From a virus: 64,000 nt of DNA. A model generated the notes under the pieces. It saw nothing but the letters and a program-made list of their open reading frames with translations, had not been told where the DNA came from and did no database searches. Shown in pieces: positions 16,076 to 25,208 of this stretch (within the stretch, counting starts at the first letter, position 1; each line of letters begins with the position of its first letter). The stretch is from the IMG/VR virus record IMGVR_UViG_3300042563_002299, positions 1-64,000 of that record. One strand, written 5' to 3'. Position numbers and translations under genes: made by a program.

Positions 16076-18448
16076 TCACAAAACTTTTGACAAATTATTT
16101 TCTTTTTTAATTTTTACAACGTGATCCCCCCAAGTTGACACAATACTATTATGACTAATAACAAAGACCTTTTCGAAGTAATCTTTAATCTTTGTGAAGA
16201 ACTCATAGACCATTTCTAAGTTGTCGTTGGCTATTTTACCGAACACCTCATCTAGTACAACCAGATTTGGTTTTGGCAAACTTGCGATCTTAGTAAGTAC
16301 GGATCTCAAAGCTAAAGACGAAATTGTCTTCTCAAATCCTGAACCTGAGGTCATTAGTTTCTCAACACCAGTTTCGTTATCTGTCATAATAAACTCAACT
16401 TCATTCTTATCATTAATACGAACCTCTAATTTGAAGTAACATGAGTCTTCCATTAATCGTTGTAGTTCGGAGTTGATGATAGGCATCATAGTTTTCATAA
16501 TCATTTTTGATATACCATTCTTACCATAAAGTTCCAAATATATCTTGTATATCTTTTCTTTCTCTTCTTCTTCCTTAATCGTAACGATTTTCTTTTGGTT
16601 GGTTTCAATTTTTTCCTCAAGTGATTTAATTGACCCTTCGTTTGTTGTGATTGAAGTATTAATTGTTCTTCTTTGATTCTCTAAATTATCCAACCTAACA
16701 TCAGCCTTGATTAGTTGAGCTTCAATCTTTTGATTTTCTTGGATCTTATCTTGGATTTCTTCCCACCTTTTGATCTTATCGTTCAATACTCCAATCTTCA
16801 AATCACAACTTTCAACTGAGATTTCATATTTTTCTTTAACCAACTTGTTTTTTTCGTATTCATCAAACTCTTTTTTGAGGTCAACGAAACCTTCTTCCGT
16901 GCGGGTTAAAACCGTCATAGCGGCTTCATTTGTGGTTTTCTGCCGGATATAACCATCAAGTTCGGCGATTTTGGCGTTTGTGATTGCCGCGTTCATCAAC
17001 TCAATTCCACAGTGTTCACATTTGATCCCACCTTCAACTGAAGATTTTAGTTTGTTAATTGACGCAATCTCTGTATCAATTTTAACGATCTCTTTGTAAA
17101 GATTGTTGATTTCTTCTTTAACCTTGTCGTGGATCCCTTCTTCATAGAATTGAGAAGGCTCAACAACTTTGATTTCGGATATTTTTGTAAGAAATCCAGA
17201 TTTCTCACGTTCAATTTCTTTGATTTCATCTTTTGTTTTTTCAGGATTTAACAAACTTAACTCTTGGTCAATGTTTGTGTGTTTTTTCTTTAACATATCA
17301 TCACGATATGTTTTACCTTTTGTAATTGCTTCATCAACCTCAACTAAAAATTGATTACTTTCTTTTATTTGAATTTGGAGTTCTGATATTGAATTTTGAT
17401 GTGTTTCAATATCACTCTTCAATTGTTCTGATGAGTATATGTTTGAGATCTTTTGTTTTGAGAACTCAGAGTAGATTTCTTTAGCAACCTCTTCTTTTCT
17501 TTTCAAGAATTCTAATCCCATGAAACGTGATAACACCTGACCTCTTGCTGTTGGTTTTGACTCCAATAAATCTTCAAGGTTTGATCCTGTTGTAAGTATT
17601 GTCATTAAGAAGTCTTCTTTGGTCCCAATTGAGTTTTTGATAAACGCTTCAGTTTCTCTTCTTTGTTCACCGGTAAAATTCAATAAAGTACCGTCCGATA
17701 GTTTCTTGAAGAAATCCAACTCTGTTTTAACGTTCCATTCACCTTTTTTGGATAACTTTCTTTCAATGTTTCTTACAATTACGTAATCCTCACCATCAAT
17801 GGTAATTTCACCTTTAACGTGGACTTTGTCTTTATTTGAAAATCGGTTGAAGATCTCCTCGGCTTTGGTCGTCTTTGTTGTTTCATTAAAGAACAAAAAC
17901 ATTAGGAGGTCAACGGTAAGAACCGTTTTCCCCCCAAAGTTAGGTGGATCGGATTCAACCACCACAATTCCATTTAACTTATCAAAATCTAATCTTTGAT
18001 TTTCACCGTATGATAAAAAGTTTGAGAACTCAATGTTTCGAATATACCACTTCTTAAACTGAGCTTGGTTTTCTTCATCACCAGACATTCTGTTTTCAAC
18101 CATTCTGTTGATACCTAACACATCTTCACTTTTATCCTCATAACCTTTTGATTTAAGATAGTTGGTGATGAGGTCAAGTTGGTATTGTGGGTCAGAGATA
18201 TTCACTGACACATCAATACTTTGCATGGATTCAGTTTCAACGTTCTTCGTTTTAGTGAGAACATTAACATTGGTGGTATTATACTTCTTCGAGAAGTAAT
18301 GTTTAACACTCTTGAGTTTGTCCTGTGTAAAGTTTTCCGGTAAATCTTCCCATACAACTTGTATGATTGGGTTTTCATACATAGAAAAGTCCAAATCTTT
18401 TATCATGATATTGTAATTAAATGTTTTTGGTGGATTGAATAAATCCAT
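16076..18448 (-). CDS. SbcC/Rad50 (gp46-like) recombination ATPase
   Basis: IEFSNFLSYG, Walker A NFGGKT, coiled coil with CEHC zinc hook, SGSGFE signature, VVLDE Walker B, VISH. Confidence 0.9.
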   Translation of the reverse strand: MDLFNPPKTFNYNIMIKDLDFSMYENPIIQVVWEDLPENFTQDKLKSVKHYFSKKYNTTNVNVLTKTKNVETESMQSIDVSVNISDPQYQLDLITNYLKSKGYEDKSEDVLGINRMVENRMSGDEENQAQFKKWYIRNIEFSNFLSYGENQRLDFDKLNGIVVVESDPPNFGGKTVLTVDLLMFLFFNETTKTTKAEEIFNRFSNKDKVHVKGEITIDGEDYVIVRNIERKLSKKGEWNVKTELDFFKKLSDGTLLNFTGEQRRETEAFIKNSIGTKEDFLMTILTTGSNLEDLLESKPTARGQVLSRFMGLEFLKRKEEVAKEIYSEFSKQKISNIYSSEQLKSDIETHQNSISELQIQIKESNQFLVEVDEAITKGKTYRDDMLKKKHTNIDQELSLLNPEKTKDEIKEIEREKSGFLTKISEIKVVEPSQFYEEGIHDKVKEEINNLYKEIVKIDTEIASINKLKSSVEGGIKCEHCGIELMNAAITNAKIAELDGYIRQKTTNEAAMTVLTRTEEGFVDLKKEFDEYEKNKLVKEKYEISVESCDLKIGVLNDKIKRWEEIQDKIQENQKIEAQLIKADVRLDNLENQRRTINTSITTNEGSIKSLEEKIETNQKKIVTIKEEEEKEKIYKIYLELYGKNGISKMIMKTMMPIINSELQRLMEDSCYFKLEVRINDKNEVEFIMTDNETGVEKLMTSGSGFEKTISSLALRSVLTKIASLPKPNLVVLDEVFGKIANDNLEMVYEFFTKIKDYFEKVFVISHNSIVSTWGDHVVKIKKENNLSKVL

Positions 18449-18451
18449 TTT

Positions 18452-18748
18452 TTATCCTTCTGTTTGTGGTTCTTCAACTACTTCAGATTCATCAAATTCT
18501 TTGTTAATTTTTGCGGATTCTTCAGGATTTGGCGTGAATTTGAACGCATGTTCAACAATCTTTTCTTCAACTACACTCATATCTAATTGTTGTTCACCAA
18601 CTTGAGCACTTAATTCTTCTTCTTTAAGTTTATTCAATTGTTCTTGGATCAACATATCAAATGCCTTTTGCATTCCTGATTTTTTTTGTGCCAAAACCGA
18701 ATTACGTTTCGCAACCTTTCTTCTGTGTTCTTTTGCTTTTTTACCCAT
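18452..18748 (-). CDS. hypothetical protein, basic N-terminus and acidic C-terminus
   Basis: 98 aa ORF. Confidence 0.7.
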   Translation of the reverse strand: MGKKAKEHRRKVAKRNSVLAQKKSGMQKAFDMLIQEQLNKLKEEELSAQVGEQQLDMSVVEEKIVEHAFKFTPNPEESAKINKEFDESEVVEEPQTEG

Positions 18749-18759
18749 TTTATTTGTTA

Positions 18760-19116
18760 TTAATTATTGTTATTTGGTCTATTTTCTTCAAACCACTCTA
18801 CTACACCATTGATTGCCCATACAGCACCTGCTGACAACATTCCATCAAAGAATATGGAAATATATCTATTAAGTCCAATAAATTCATGCCAAGGTGCGAA
18901 CAATGTTAAGGACATAAAAAATCCTACCCAAGTTGATGTACAAAGTATACATTGAATTAAACTATATATAAATTGAAATATCGATCTAAAAAGAACCCAC
19001 CCAACATTTGGTTGAGCATTTTTATGTATCCAATTTCTTAATCCGTTAAAAATTGATCCGTAAACAAGAATGTTCGTCATTCCGTAAGCGGTAATCATCC
19101 ACATTAAAACTATCAT
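18760..19116 (-). CDS. membrane protein, DUF1360-like
   Basis: LIQCILCTSTWVG motif, three hydrophobic segments. Confidence 0.6.
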   Translation of the reverse strand: MIVLMWMITAYGMTNILVYGSIFNGLRNWIHKNAQPNVGWVLFRSIFQFIYSLIQCILCTSTWVGFFMSLTLFAPWHEFIGLNRYISIFFDGMLSAGAVWAINGVVEWFEENRPNNNN

Positions 19117-19829
19117 ATTCGTCTATTTAAATTTGATCCCCTCATAAGATAACCCTGATTTTGATTACCATTAATAAGTTCTCGGTTTATTTTTTCCAAT
19201 TCTTTTATTTGTTCGTTCTTTTGTTGTAACTCACCTCTCAAGTTTTGGAGTGTTTCTTGTAACATATTTGTCTTATTATTTGTTACGAGAATGTCTAAAT
19301 TATGTCTAAGTTCATCTAACTCTTCATCCTTTTTAGACATTTTATTTTGGAAAATATTTTCCATTTCTTCCGTTTTAGTGGAAAATTCTTCTCTAATTCT
19401 GTCAATTTCAAGGGTCTTAGTGGAAATTTCTCCGTTTAACTGGTCTATTTTTAACAATAGTTCATTAACTTGAGTATCATCAGAGGTATAGATTATTTTC
19501 TCAACCTCTTTGATGACTTCAACAGGTACTTCCACCCGTATTTCTCGGATTACTTCAATTTCCACCCATTTTTCTTGGTCCCCACCCGTTTTTCTTGAAT
19601 CACTTAAGTCTTTTTCACCTTCATTGTCGGTTTTTAAGTCTTTTTCATCTTCATTAAGTGTTTTTCCCAAAAGACCGTACTTCTTAATATCAAAACCTTG
19701 CTTGAAGCATAGGTACATGAAATTATCCACATCCTTTATTCCTTTGGATTCACATAATGCAGACACTGCCTGCATTGTTTCTCTATTAAATATTTTGGAG
19801 TTTTTCGGTTCCATTCTCAATATCTTCAA
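19113..19829 (-). CDS. coiled-coil protein with VEVPVEVIKEVE repeat
   Basis: 238 aa ORF. Confidence 0.7.
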   Translation of the reverse strand: MKILRMEPKNSKIFNRETMQAVSALCESKGIKDVDNFMYLCFKQGFDIKKYGLLGKTLNEDEKDLKTDNEGEKDLSDSRKTGGDQEKWVEIEVIREIRVEVPVEVIKEVEKIIYTSDDTQVNELLLKIDQLNGEISTKTLEIDRIREEFSTKTEEMENIFQNKMSKKDEELDELRHNLDILVTNNKTNMLQETLQNLRGELQQKNEQIKELEKINRELINGNQNQGYLMRGSNLNRRI

Positions 19830-20565
19830 ATGATTTTATGGAGAACTTCATAAATGGTTTTGGGTTTGGTAAATCAACATAAGAATACTCTTTTGATTCA
19901 ACATCATATATCCCATATCCGTGTCTTCCAATACTCTCACCAATATTTTGTTGGATTGGACTTCCGATCATATATCCCTTACCGGTCTTGAACTTGAACT
20001 CTTGTCGTTTGTGGATATCCCCACACAATACGGCTTCCAACCCATTAAACTTTTCAACATCATATGCTTCCTCACCAAAATCAAAACCAAGATCAGTTTT
20101 CATCCCTTGAATTGCTCCGTGAAATAAACCAATTCTTTTACCTTTTGATTCGGTAATGTCGGGTGGAATATTTCCTTGATATTGTGAATACACACACCAA
20201 CTAATATTCTCATCCTCATACACACCTCTATCTCGGTAATACACAATATCCTCATTCCTCAAAGAATTAATAATAGGAGTAAGAGCATCTAATCTTTCGG
20301 TATTGTTTACCAAAAAGTCGTGGTTACCAGGTATAATAACGGTTTTAGCAATGAATGAACATTCAGTTAAAATCCAAGCAACAATCTCAATAAGTTCAGG
20401 TGTCATTTGATTTTTGGAATGAACAAGATCACCGGTGAACACAATTCGATCTGGTTCCAACTCTTTCCATTGATCAATGGCTGTTTCCAAAATTGATTTA
20501 TACAAATCGTGGTCTTTAAAAAGACGGATATGTAAGTCTGAAAAGTGTATAAGTTTCTTAATCAT
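19786..20565 (-). CDS. SbcD/Mre11 (gp47-like) metallophosphoesterase nuclease
   Basis: SDLH, TGDLVH, PGNHD, LFHG, GDIH, GSPIQQ motifs. Confidence 0.9.
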   Translation of the reverse strand: MIKKLIHFSDLHIRLFKDHDLYKSILETAIDQWKELEPDRIVFTGDLVHSKNQMTPELIEIVAWILTECSFIAKTVIIPGNHDFLVNNTERLDALTPIINSLRNEDIVYYRDRGVYEDENISWCVYSQYQGNIPPDITESKGKRIGLFHGAIQGMKTDLGFDFGEEAYDVEKFNGLEAVLCGDIHKRQEFKFKTGKGYMIGSPIQQNIGESIGRHGYGIYDVESKEYSYVDLPNPKPFMKFSIKSFEDIENGTEKLQNI

Positions 20566-20821
20566 TTAATTGTGTTTTGTCTCCGCAATATACTTCGTAT
20601 GGTGGTCTGTATGGATCATCTTTTACCGGAAATGGTGGATTTACAGGAAATGGGTTTACAGGGATTGGTATTATGGAAGGGTCAAACATACCATTTTTGT
20701 TTACTTCTTTAACCTCTTTCATCTTTTCTTGGATGGTCTCAATATCTACTTGTGTAAAGTCAGTCCAATTTCTGTTGGTCATAAAACCATCTAACCAAAA
20801 ATAAAATTCTTTGTGTGTCAT
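20558..20821 (-). CDS. hypothetical protein (start revised to MTHKEFYFWLDG)
   Basis: ATG at 20821 just after the upstream stop; Pro-rich tail. Confidence 0.7.
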   Translation of the reverse strand: MTHKEFYFWLDGFMTNRNWTDFTQVDIETIQEKMKEVKEVNKNGMFDPSIIPIPVNPFPVNPPFPVKDDPYRPPYEVYCGDKTQLND

Positions 20822-20825
20822 ATTT

Positions 20826-21044
20826 TTAGTCAATGAATAATTCAAAGTCAGCGTTAACGTGACCACACTCATTACACATATAAGTTGGGAATGGTACAAT
20901 CGTGTCTTCATGACTTCCTGTTAATAATGCCGGTACTTTTTTGATCATAGTTACTTCTTTGAAGAACTTTGAGTCACATTTTTCACACTTGATAGTTTGT
21001 TGTTCTTTCAAGTTAATTTTTGGTCTGATGATATCGTCGCTCAT
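20826..21044 (-). CDS. zinc-ribbon protein
   Basis: CEKC...CNECGH. Confidence 0.75.
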   Translation of the reverse strand: MSDDIIRPKINLKEQQTIKCEKCDSKFFKEVTMIKKVPALLTGSHEDTIVPFPTYMCNECGHVNADFELFID

Positions 21045-21130
21045 TTTATTATATAATTTACGTTTATTTTAATTGTTGTTGTGTCCCAACTGGTATTAGT
21101 ATACCAAATTGGCGTAATTGTTGCTTCCAT
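21041..21130 (-). CDS. 29-aa small protein (not in ORF track)
   Basis: MEATITPIWYTNTSWDTTTIKINVNYIIK fills the gap; ATGA overlap with the next gene. Confidence 0.5.
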   Translation of the reverse strand: MEATITPIWYTNTSWDTTTIKINVNYIIK

Positions 21131-21143
21131 ACTCAATAATAGT

Positions 21144-22007
21144 TTATTTCTTAAGTTTAGTCAAATATTGTTTTATATCCATATCTAAGATTGTGTTCAT
21201 AGTTTTTTTAGATACTCTATATTCGTGATACTCCCTTTCATCTGTAATCAAAACGACGATACACCCTAAAAGTTGTATATCCTCATATTTTGATCCCTCC
21301 AACATTTTTAAAAGTAACCTACCATAAAAAGGTAATTGAGTATTGTAGTGACCTAAAGCATTATCAGGTAAATCTTCAAATGGTTTTTTCATTTTTTTAG
21401 TATAACGAGTAACCGCAAAGTTCTTCGGCTTATTTGATTTCCAATCTGTTATAAGAATACCGATGTTACCATTTGTACCAATTACCAACCAAACCTTATC
21501 GGGTTGACCTGTATATTCAAGATCAGGATGCCCTAAAACCATCTCCGTATCAATCAGTTCACATCCTCTTTCTTTGAGAAGTTCAATGTAATGTTTACCA
21601 GCCATGATCATCGTATCACTTTTGATGATCTGTTCTGCGTCACAATCAAATATTGGTTGACGAACAACTTTATTGATCCCAAATTCTTTAAGTGTATGTT
21701 CTTCCAAAAAGAAGTGACAACGAGACCCCAAGTTTGTTGATTTCCTACCTAATTCCGCCCATTCTTCCATTAATCTTTCGGCTTCATCAGGATCACCACC
21801 AGCTTTACTATAGGCGGCTTGTTCGGTTGGGAAGTCATCGTAGAATATCTTCATCACTTTGGATACTGATGGGAAGTCCGATCGTAAATTACCGTTCTTA
21901 TCCAACATAGTATATTTATGACTTTCCTCCTCAAAGGTGAGTTGGAATTCTTTTTGTTTCTCAGAAATAATATCCCTTATTTCTTGTGCTATTTTTTTTA
22001 AATCCAT
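21144..22007 (-). CDS. PD-(D/E)xK superfamily exonuclease (RecB/Cas4-like fold)
   Basis: PSVS, GSRCH, GQPD, ITDWKS, QLPFY motifs. Confidence 0.8.
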   Translation of the reverse strand: MDLKKIAQEIRDIISEKQKEFQLTFEEESHKYTMLDKNGNLRSDFPSVSKVMKIFYDDFPTEQAAYSKAGGDPDEAERLMEEWAELGRKSTNLGSRCHFFLEEHTLKEFGINKVVRQPIFDCDAEQIIKSDTMIMAGKHYIELLKERGCELIDTEMVLGHPDLEYTGQPDKVWLVIGTNGNIGILITDWKSNKPKNFAVTRYTKKMKKPFEDLPDNALGHYNTQLPFYGRLLLKMLEGSKYEDIQLLGCIVVLITDEREYHEYRVSKKTMNTILDMDIKQYLTKLKK

Positions 22008-22906
22008 TATTTTATTATATGATAATATTCATCTTTTATTTCACCCCTTAGATCGGCAATATCTTTCTCGTCGGGTAATTTTATTAACTTTATTCTACCC
22101 CATAGTTCACCACCATTCAATTCGTGATAAAGTTTAACAGAGTTCCCCCAAGCATCGGCATCCAAACATATTATGATATTTCCTTTAGCGTTGCGATATA
22201 TTGTCTCAAACAAAAGTTCTGACATATGTTTACCTAACATTGGTATAGGATTATTTAAAAACAATCCATCAAAAGCACCTTCAACCAAATAAACATCTTT
22301 CTTCCAATCAATTAAATTTTCCCAAAATATAATTTTGTCTTTTTCGGCTTCAGGGTTCTTATATTTTGCTCGGGACATCGGGTTCCAACTCCTTGCAATA
22401 TAGTAGTTCAACTCACCTTTTTTATCGTATGATGGGATCACAATACGTCCAGCGTGGTCTCCTTTATCACAAAACCCAATCCCAAATCTTTCAATCATTT
22501 CATCGGTAATTCCACGACTTTTGAGGTAATTCATTGCCTGTCGTCTAACAGGATATACCGTACTTGAGTCCTTGAATAAGGTAAATCCTTCAGGTAATCT
22601 GAGTGTTTTTTTCTTTTTTTCTCGTTTTACAACTGTTTCTGGTTTGAAAACCTCATAAAGTTTCTTTTGTTTCTTGTTTCCGTATTTGTCAAATATCCTA
22701 CCCAAAGGTCCGTGTGTACCCTCACTATCACCGCAAGACCAACACTTATAAACATTGTCTATATAATTGACCTCCAAATTGTGTTTATCCCTCCCATCGT
22801 CACATACGGGGCAGTTGAAGGATATTTGTCCACGATTGGGGTAGTGAAGTCCGTGATCACCAAGAACATCTTCCAATAACTCAACTAAAGCATCATTTTC
22901 ATCCAT
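22007..22906 (-). CDS. DNA primase (Zn finger + TOPRIM)
   Basis: CPVC..CWSC, YLKSRGI, RIVIP, YKNP, VEGAFD, LDAD. Confidence 0.92.
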   Translation of the reverse strand: MDENDALVELLEDVLGDHGLHYPNRGQISFNCPVCDDGRDKHNLEVNYIDNVYKCWSCGDSEGTHGPLGRIFDKYGNKKQKKLYEVFKPETVVKREKKKKTLRLPEGFTLFKDSSTVYPVRRQAMNYLKSRGITDEMIERFGIGFCDKGDHAGRIVIPSYDKKGELNYYIARSWNPMSRAKYKNPEAEKDKIIFWENLIDWKKDVYLVEGAFDGLFLNNPIPMLGKHMSELLFETIYRNAKGNIIICLDADAWGNSVKLYHELNGGELWGRIKLIKLPDEKDIADLRGEIKDEYYHIIK

Positions 22907-22981
22907 CTCCTATAATATAAACATAAACTTTCAATACATCAACTACACAAACTTTTGAGTTCTTTTATATTTATTAATGAT

Positions 22982-23203
22982 ATGCCAACACAAATCACTA
23001 TTTCAACTTTAACAGGGGCTCAACCATTTGACGTTTATTCTTGCGATGACACATACGACAATTGTATATACGTAGCAACAATCACATCAGGTCAGGTTCC
23101 CTATAATTTTGATTTACCTTTTATTCAAGAAGGTATGTCTTCAGTTGGAATAAAAGTGGTCGATAATAATGGTTGTATTGAGGAGTCTAATGTTGTAATA
23201 TAA
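22982..23203 (+). CDS. small Cys-containing putative virion protein, paralog of 33046..33342 (start revised)
   Basis: TATTTAT at 22968-22974; PFDVYSCD..DNCIYV..VVDNNGC. Confidence 0.65.
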   Translation: MPTQITISTLTGAQPFDVYSCDDTYDNCIYVATITSGQVPYNFDLPFIQEGMSSVGIKVVDNNGCIEESNVVI

Positions 23204-23204
23204 T

Positions 23205-24491
23205 ATGTGTCTTAATTTAGGTCTTTGGGTTTATAGTGGTACTTCGGTTGGTTTATGTAATGAAACACCAAACTTAACTTTATACGGTAATAATGTATTT
23301 TCTGCAGAGCCGGTATTCAGTGGTTCAGGATGTAATAATCCTGCGGATTTGATTGCAACAGGATTTTATTCAAATGGTAATTTAACTTTTGAATTTTCAT
23401 TTTTATTCGGACAATATTATGTAAGTGGTATTTCAGGTTGTACGACTGGTGGTGATTTATATTGTATACAAAATGAACCAGGTTATAATGACACATATTT
23501 ACTAGTTGGTGTTCAGGATGATTACCCACTCTACACATCTGTAACCAATAATACGTGTATTTATTATTCAACAGTAGAAACAAGATGGTGTTTAGCAAGT
23601 AGTGTTGGATCTCCGTGTGTTCAATTTGGTCCTTTTGCAAGCACAAGTTCGGAGCCAGATTTTGATATAACTGTTGGGTATCCAGGTTTATGCGTAACAC
23701 CCCCAGCACCACCTGTAGACCCGTGTTTAACAATTGATTTTGATGCAATTTTTGATTGTTTAGTTCCAGTATCACCAACACCAACACCTACTATTTCAGT
23801 AACACCAACACCAACACCAACTCCATCAGCATCTAATCCATGTGGTGGTGTTTCAATGACTGTAACTTCGAGTGGTTACACTCCAACACCAACCCCAACA
23901 ATGACACCAACACCAACACCTTCACCACAGGTTACGAGACCTTGTAATTTTTCAGGTGAGGTAATATTCAACGCATTTACCGAATACTTACAATGTGGTA
24001 ATAGTAAAAAATTCAAAGATTGTTTTACGGGTATCGATTATTACACATCAGATGTTGTTTTAGTCTCAGGGACGACGTTACCGACAGAAGGTTATGTCTA
24101 TAATTCGGTGATTAACGGACAAGGTTATTGTGTTATATATGAAGGTACGGTTGATAATATAAGTGGTGTTGATAATATTACATTAACAAATGAGATCGGA
24201 TCTTACGTTGATGGAGCGTGTTTAGATTGTTTACCAAACCTAACCGCAACTCCTACCCCTACACCGACATCAACACCAACTCCAACTCCGAGTTTATCAC
24301 CTTGTGTTAGTTTATCATACAGAATAACTAATGAAAGCCCCGCACCAATTAAATTTGATTATACCAATTGTAATGGATCTCAATCTCAAAATTTACCTGG
24401 GTTCTCTTCAATCATTATTTGTGCTTCGGTTATACCAACAACAACATCACCTAACATACAGATAGATCCTTTAGGTTCAACTTGTCTATAA
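23205..24491 (+). CDS. Cys-rich putative fibre/virion protein with PT-rich mucin-like linkers
   Basis: three PTPTPT tracts, many Cys, S/T/G-rich. Confidence 0.65.
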   Translation: MCLNLGLWVYSGTSVGLCNETPNLTLYGNNVFSAEPVFSGSGCNNPADLIATGFYSNGNLTFEFSFLFGQYYVSGISGCTTGGDLYCIQNEPGYNDTYLLVGVQDDYPLYTSVTNNTCIYYSTVETRWCLASSVGSPCVQFGPFASTSSEPDFDITVGYPGLCVTPPAPPVDPCLTIDFDAIFDCLVPVSPTPTPTISVTPTPTPTPSASNPCGGVSMTVTSSGYTPTPTPTMTPTPTPSPQVTRPCNFSGEVIFNAFTEYLQCGNSKKFKDCFTGIDYYTSDVVLVSGTTLPTEGYVYNSVINGQGYCVIYEGTVDNISGVDNITLTNEIGSYVDGACLDCLPNLTATPTPTPTSTPTPTPSLSPCVSLSYRITNESPAPIKFDYTNCNGSQSQNLPGFSSIIICASVIPTTTSPNIQIDPLGSTCL

Positions 24492-24546
24492 AAAAAAATA
24501 TCACCTAAAAAGACGATATTTCCAATTATCGGTATTTTACCCGATA

Positions 24547-25155
24547 TTAACTCCAAATCTCTTTTAATCTCATAAATCCTAATACACAACTATAAGCATC
24601 TGTTTGATCGAAATTTTCTTTCTTAAGTGTGTTATTTTTGGTGTATAACCATTTAATTTGAGGTTCTCTTTTTGCGACTTTTTCCCAAATAACCATTTTC
24701 TTATCAATGTCTTTTGGTAGTCCACCAAACAATACAAATTTTTTCTTATCGTTCTCTTGTACCAAATCAGGAAAAGCAAACTTTCTTGAGTTATATGTTG
24801 AAATGAATTCAGGTACAATTCCTAATATATTATATATTTCTTTGAAGATAAAACTATTGAATCTTAATAATGTTTGGATTGTATATATATTATTAGAGTT
24901 AAGTAATGGTTCTTCAATTACAACTCTGACGATTCCAAGATCTTTGTATTCTTTTAATTTTTCGGCAAAAACTTCGGACTTTAGAATTAACTCTTTAAGT
25001 TTGTCATCTTCATTTTTATCCATCTTTGGTCTCGGTGAAATGTGAGTAAGTTCCAACAATTCTTGTGTCTTTATATCGAATAGTGCCCAACCGATTGTTC
25101 TTGTAGAAACGTCCAAACCTAACACTTTGGGTGAATTTTTTAAATTTTTTGCCAT
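24547..25155 (-). CDS. RuvC-like Holliday junction resolvase
   Basis: LGLDVS..IGWA, VVIEEP, FDQTDA acidic motifs. Confidence 0.8.
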   Translation of the reverse strand: MAKNLKNSPKVLGLDVSTRTIGWALFDIKTQELLELTHISPRPKMDKNEDDKLKELILKSEVFAEKLKEYKDLGIVRVVIEEPLLNSNNIYTIQTLLRFNSFIFKEIYNILGIVPEFISTYNSRKFAFPDLVQENDKKKFVLFGGLPKDIDKKMVIWEKVAKREPQIKWLYTKNNTLKKENFDQTDAYSCVLGFMRLKEIWS

Positions 25156-25208
25156 AAACAATAATGTTTTATATTATAATAAACTAAAACAATAAAAATT
25201 GTAGTTTT

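Noticed and set aside
21144-22007. Cas4 as part of a CRISPR system
   Set aside because: No C-terminal Fe-S Cys cluster and no array; the context next to primase fits a replication/recombination exonuclease.
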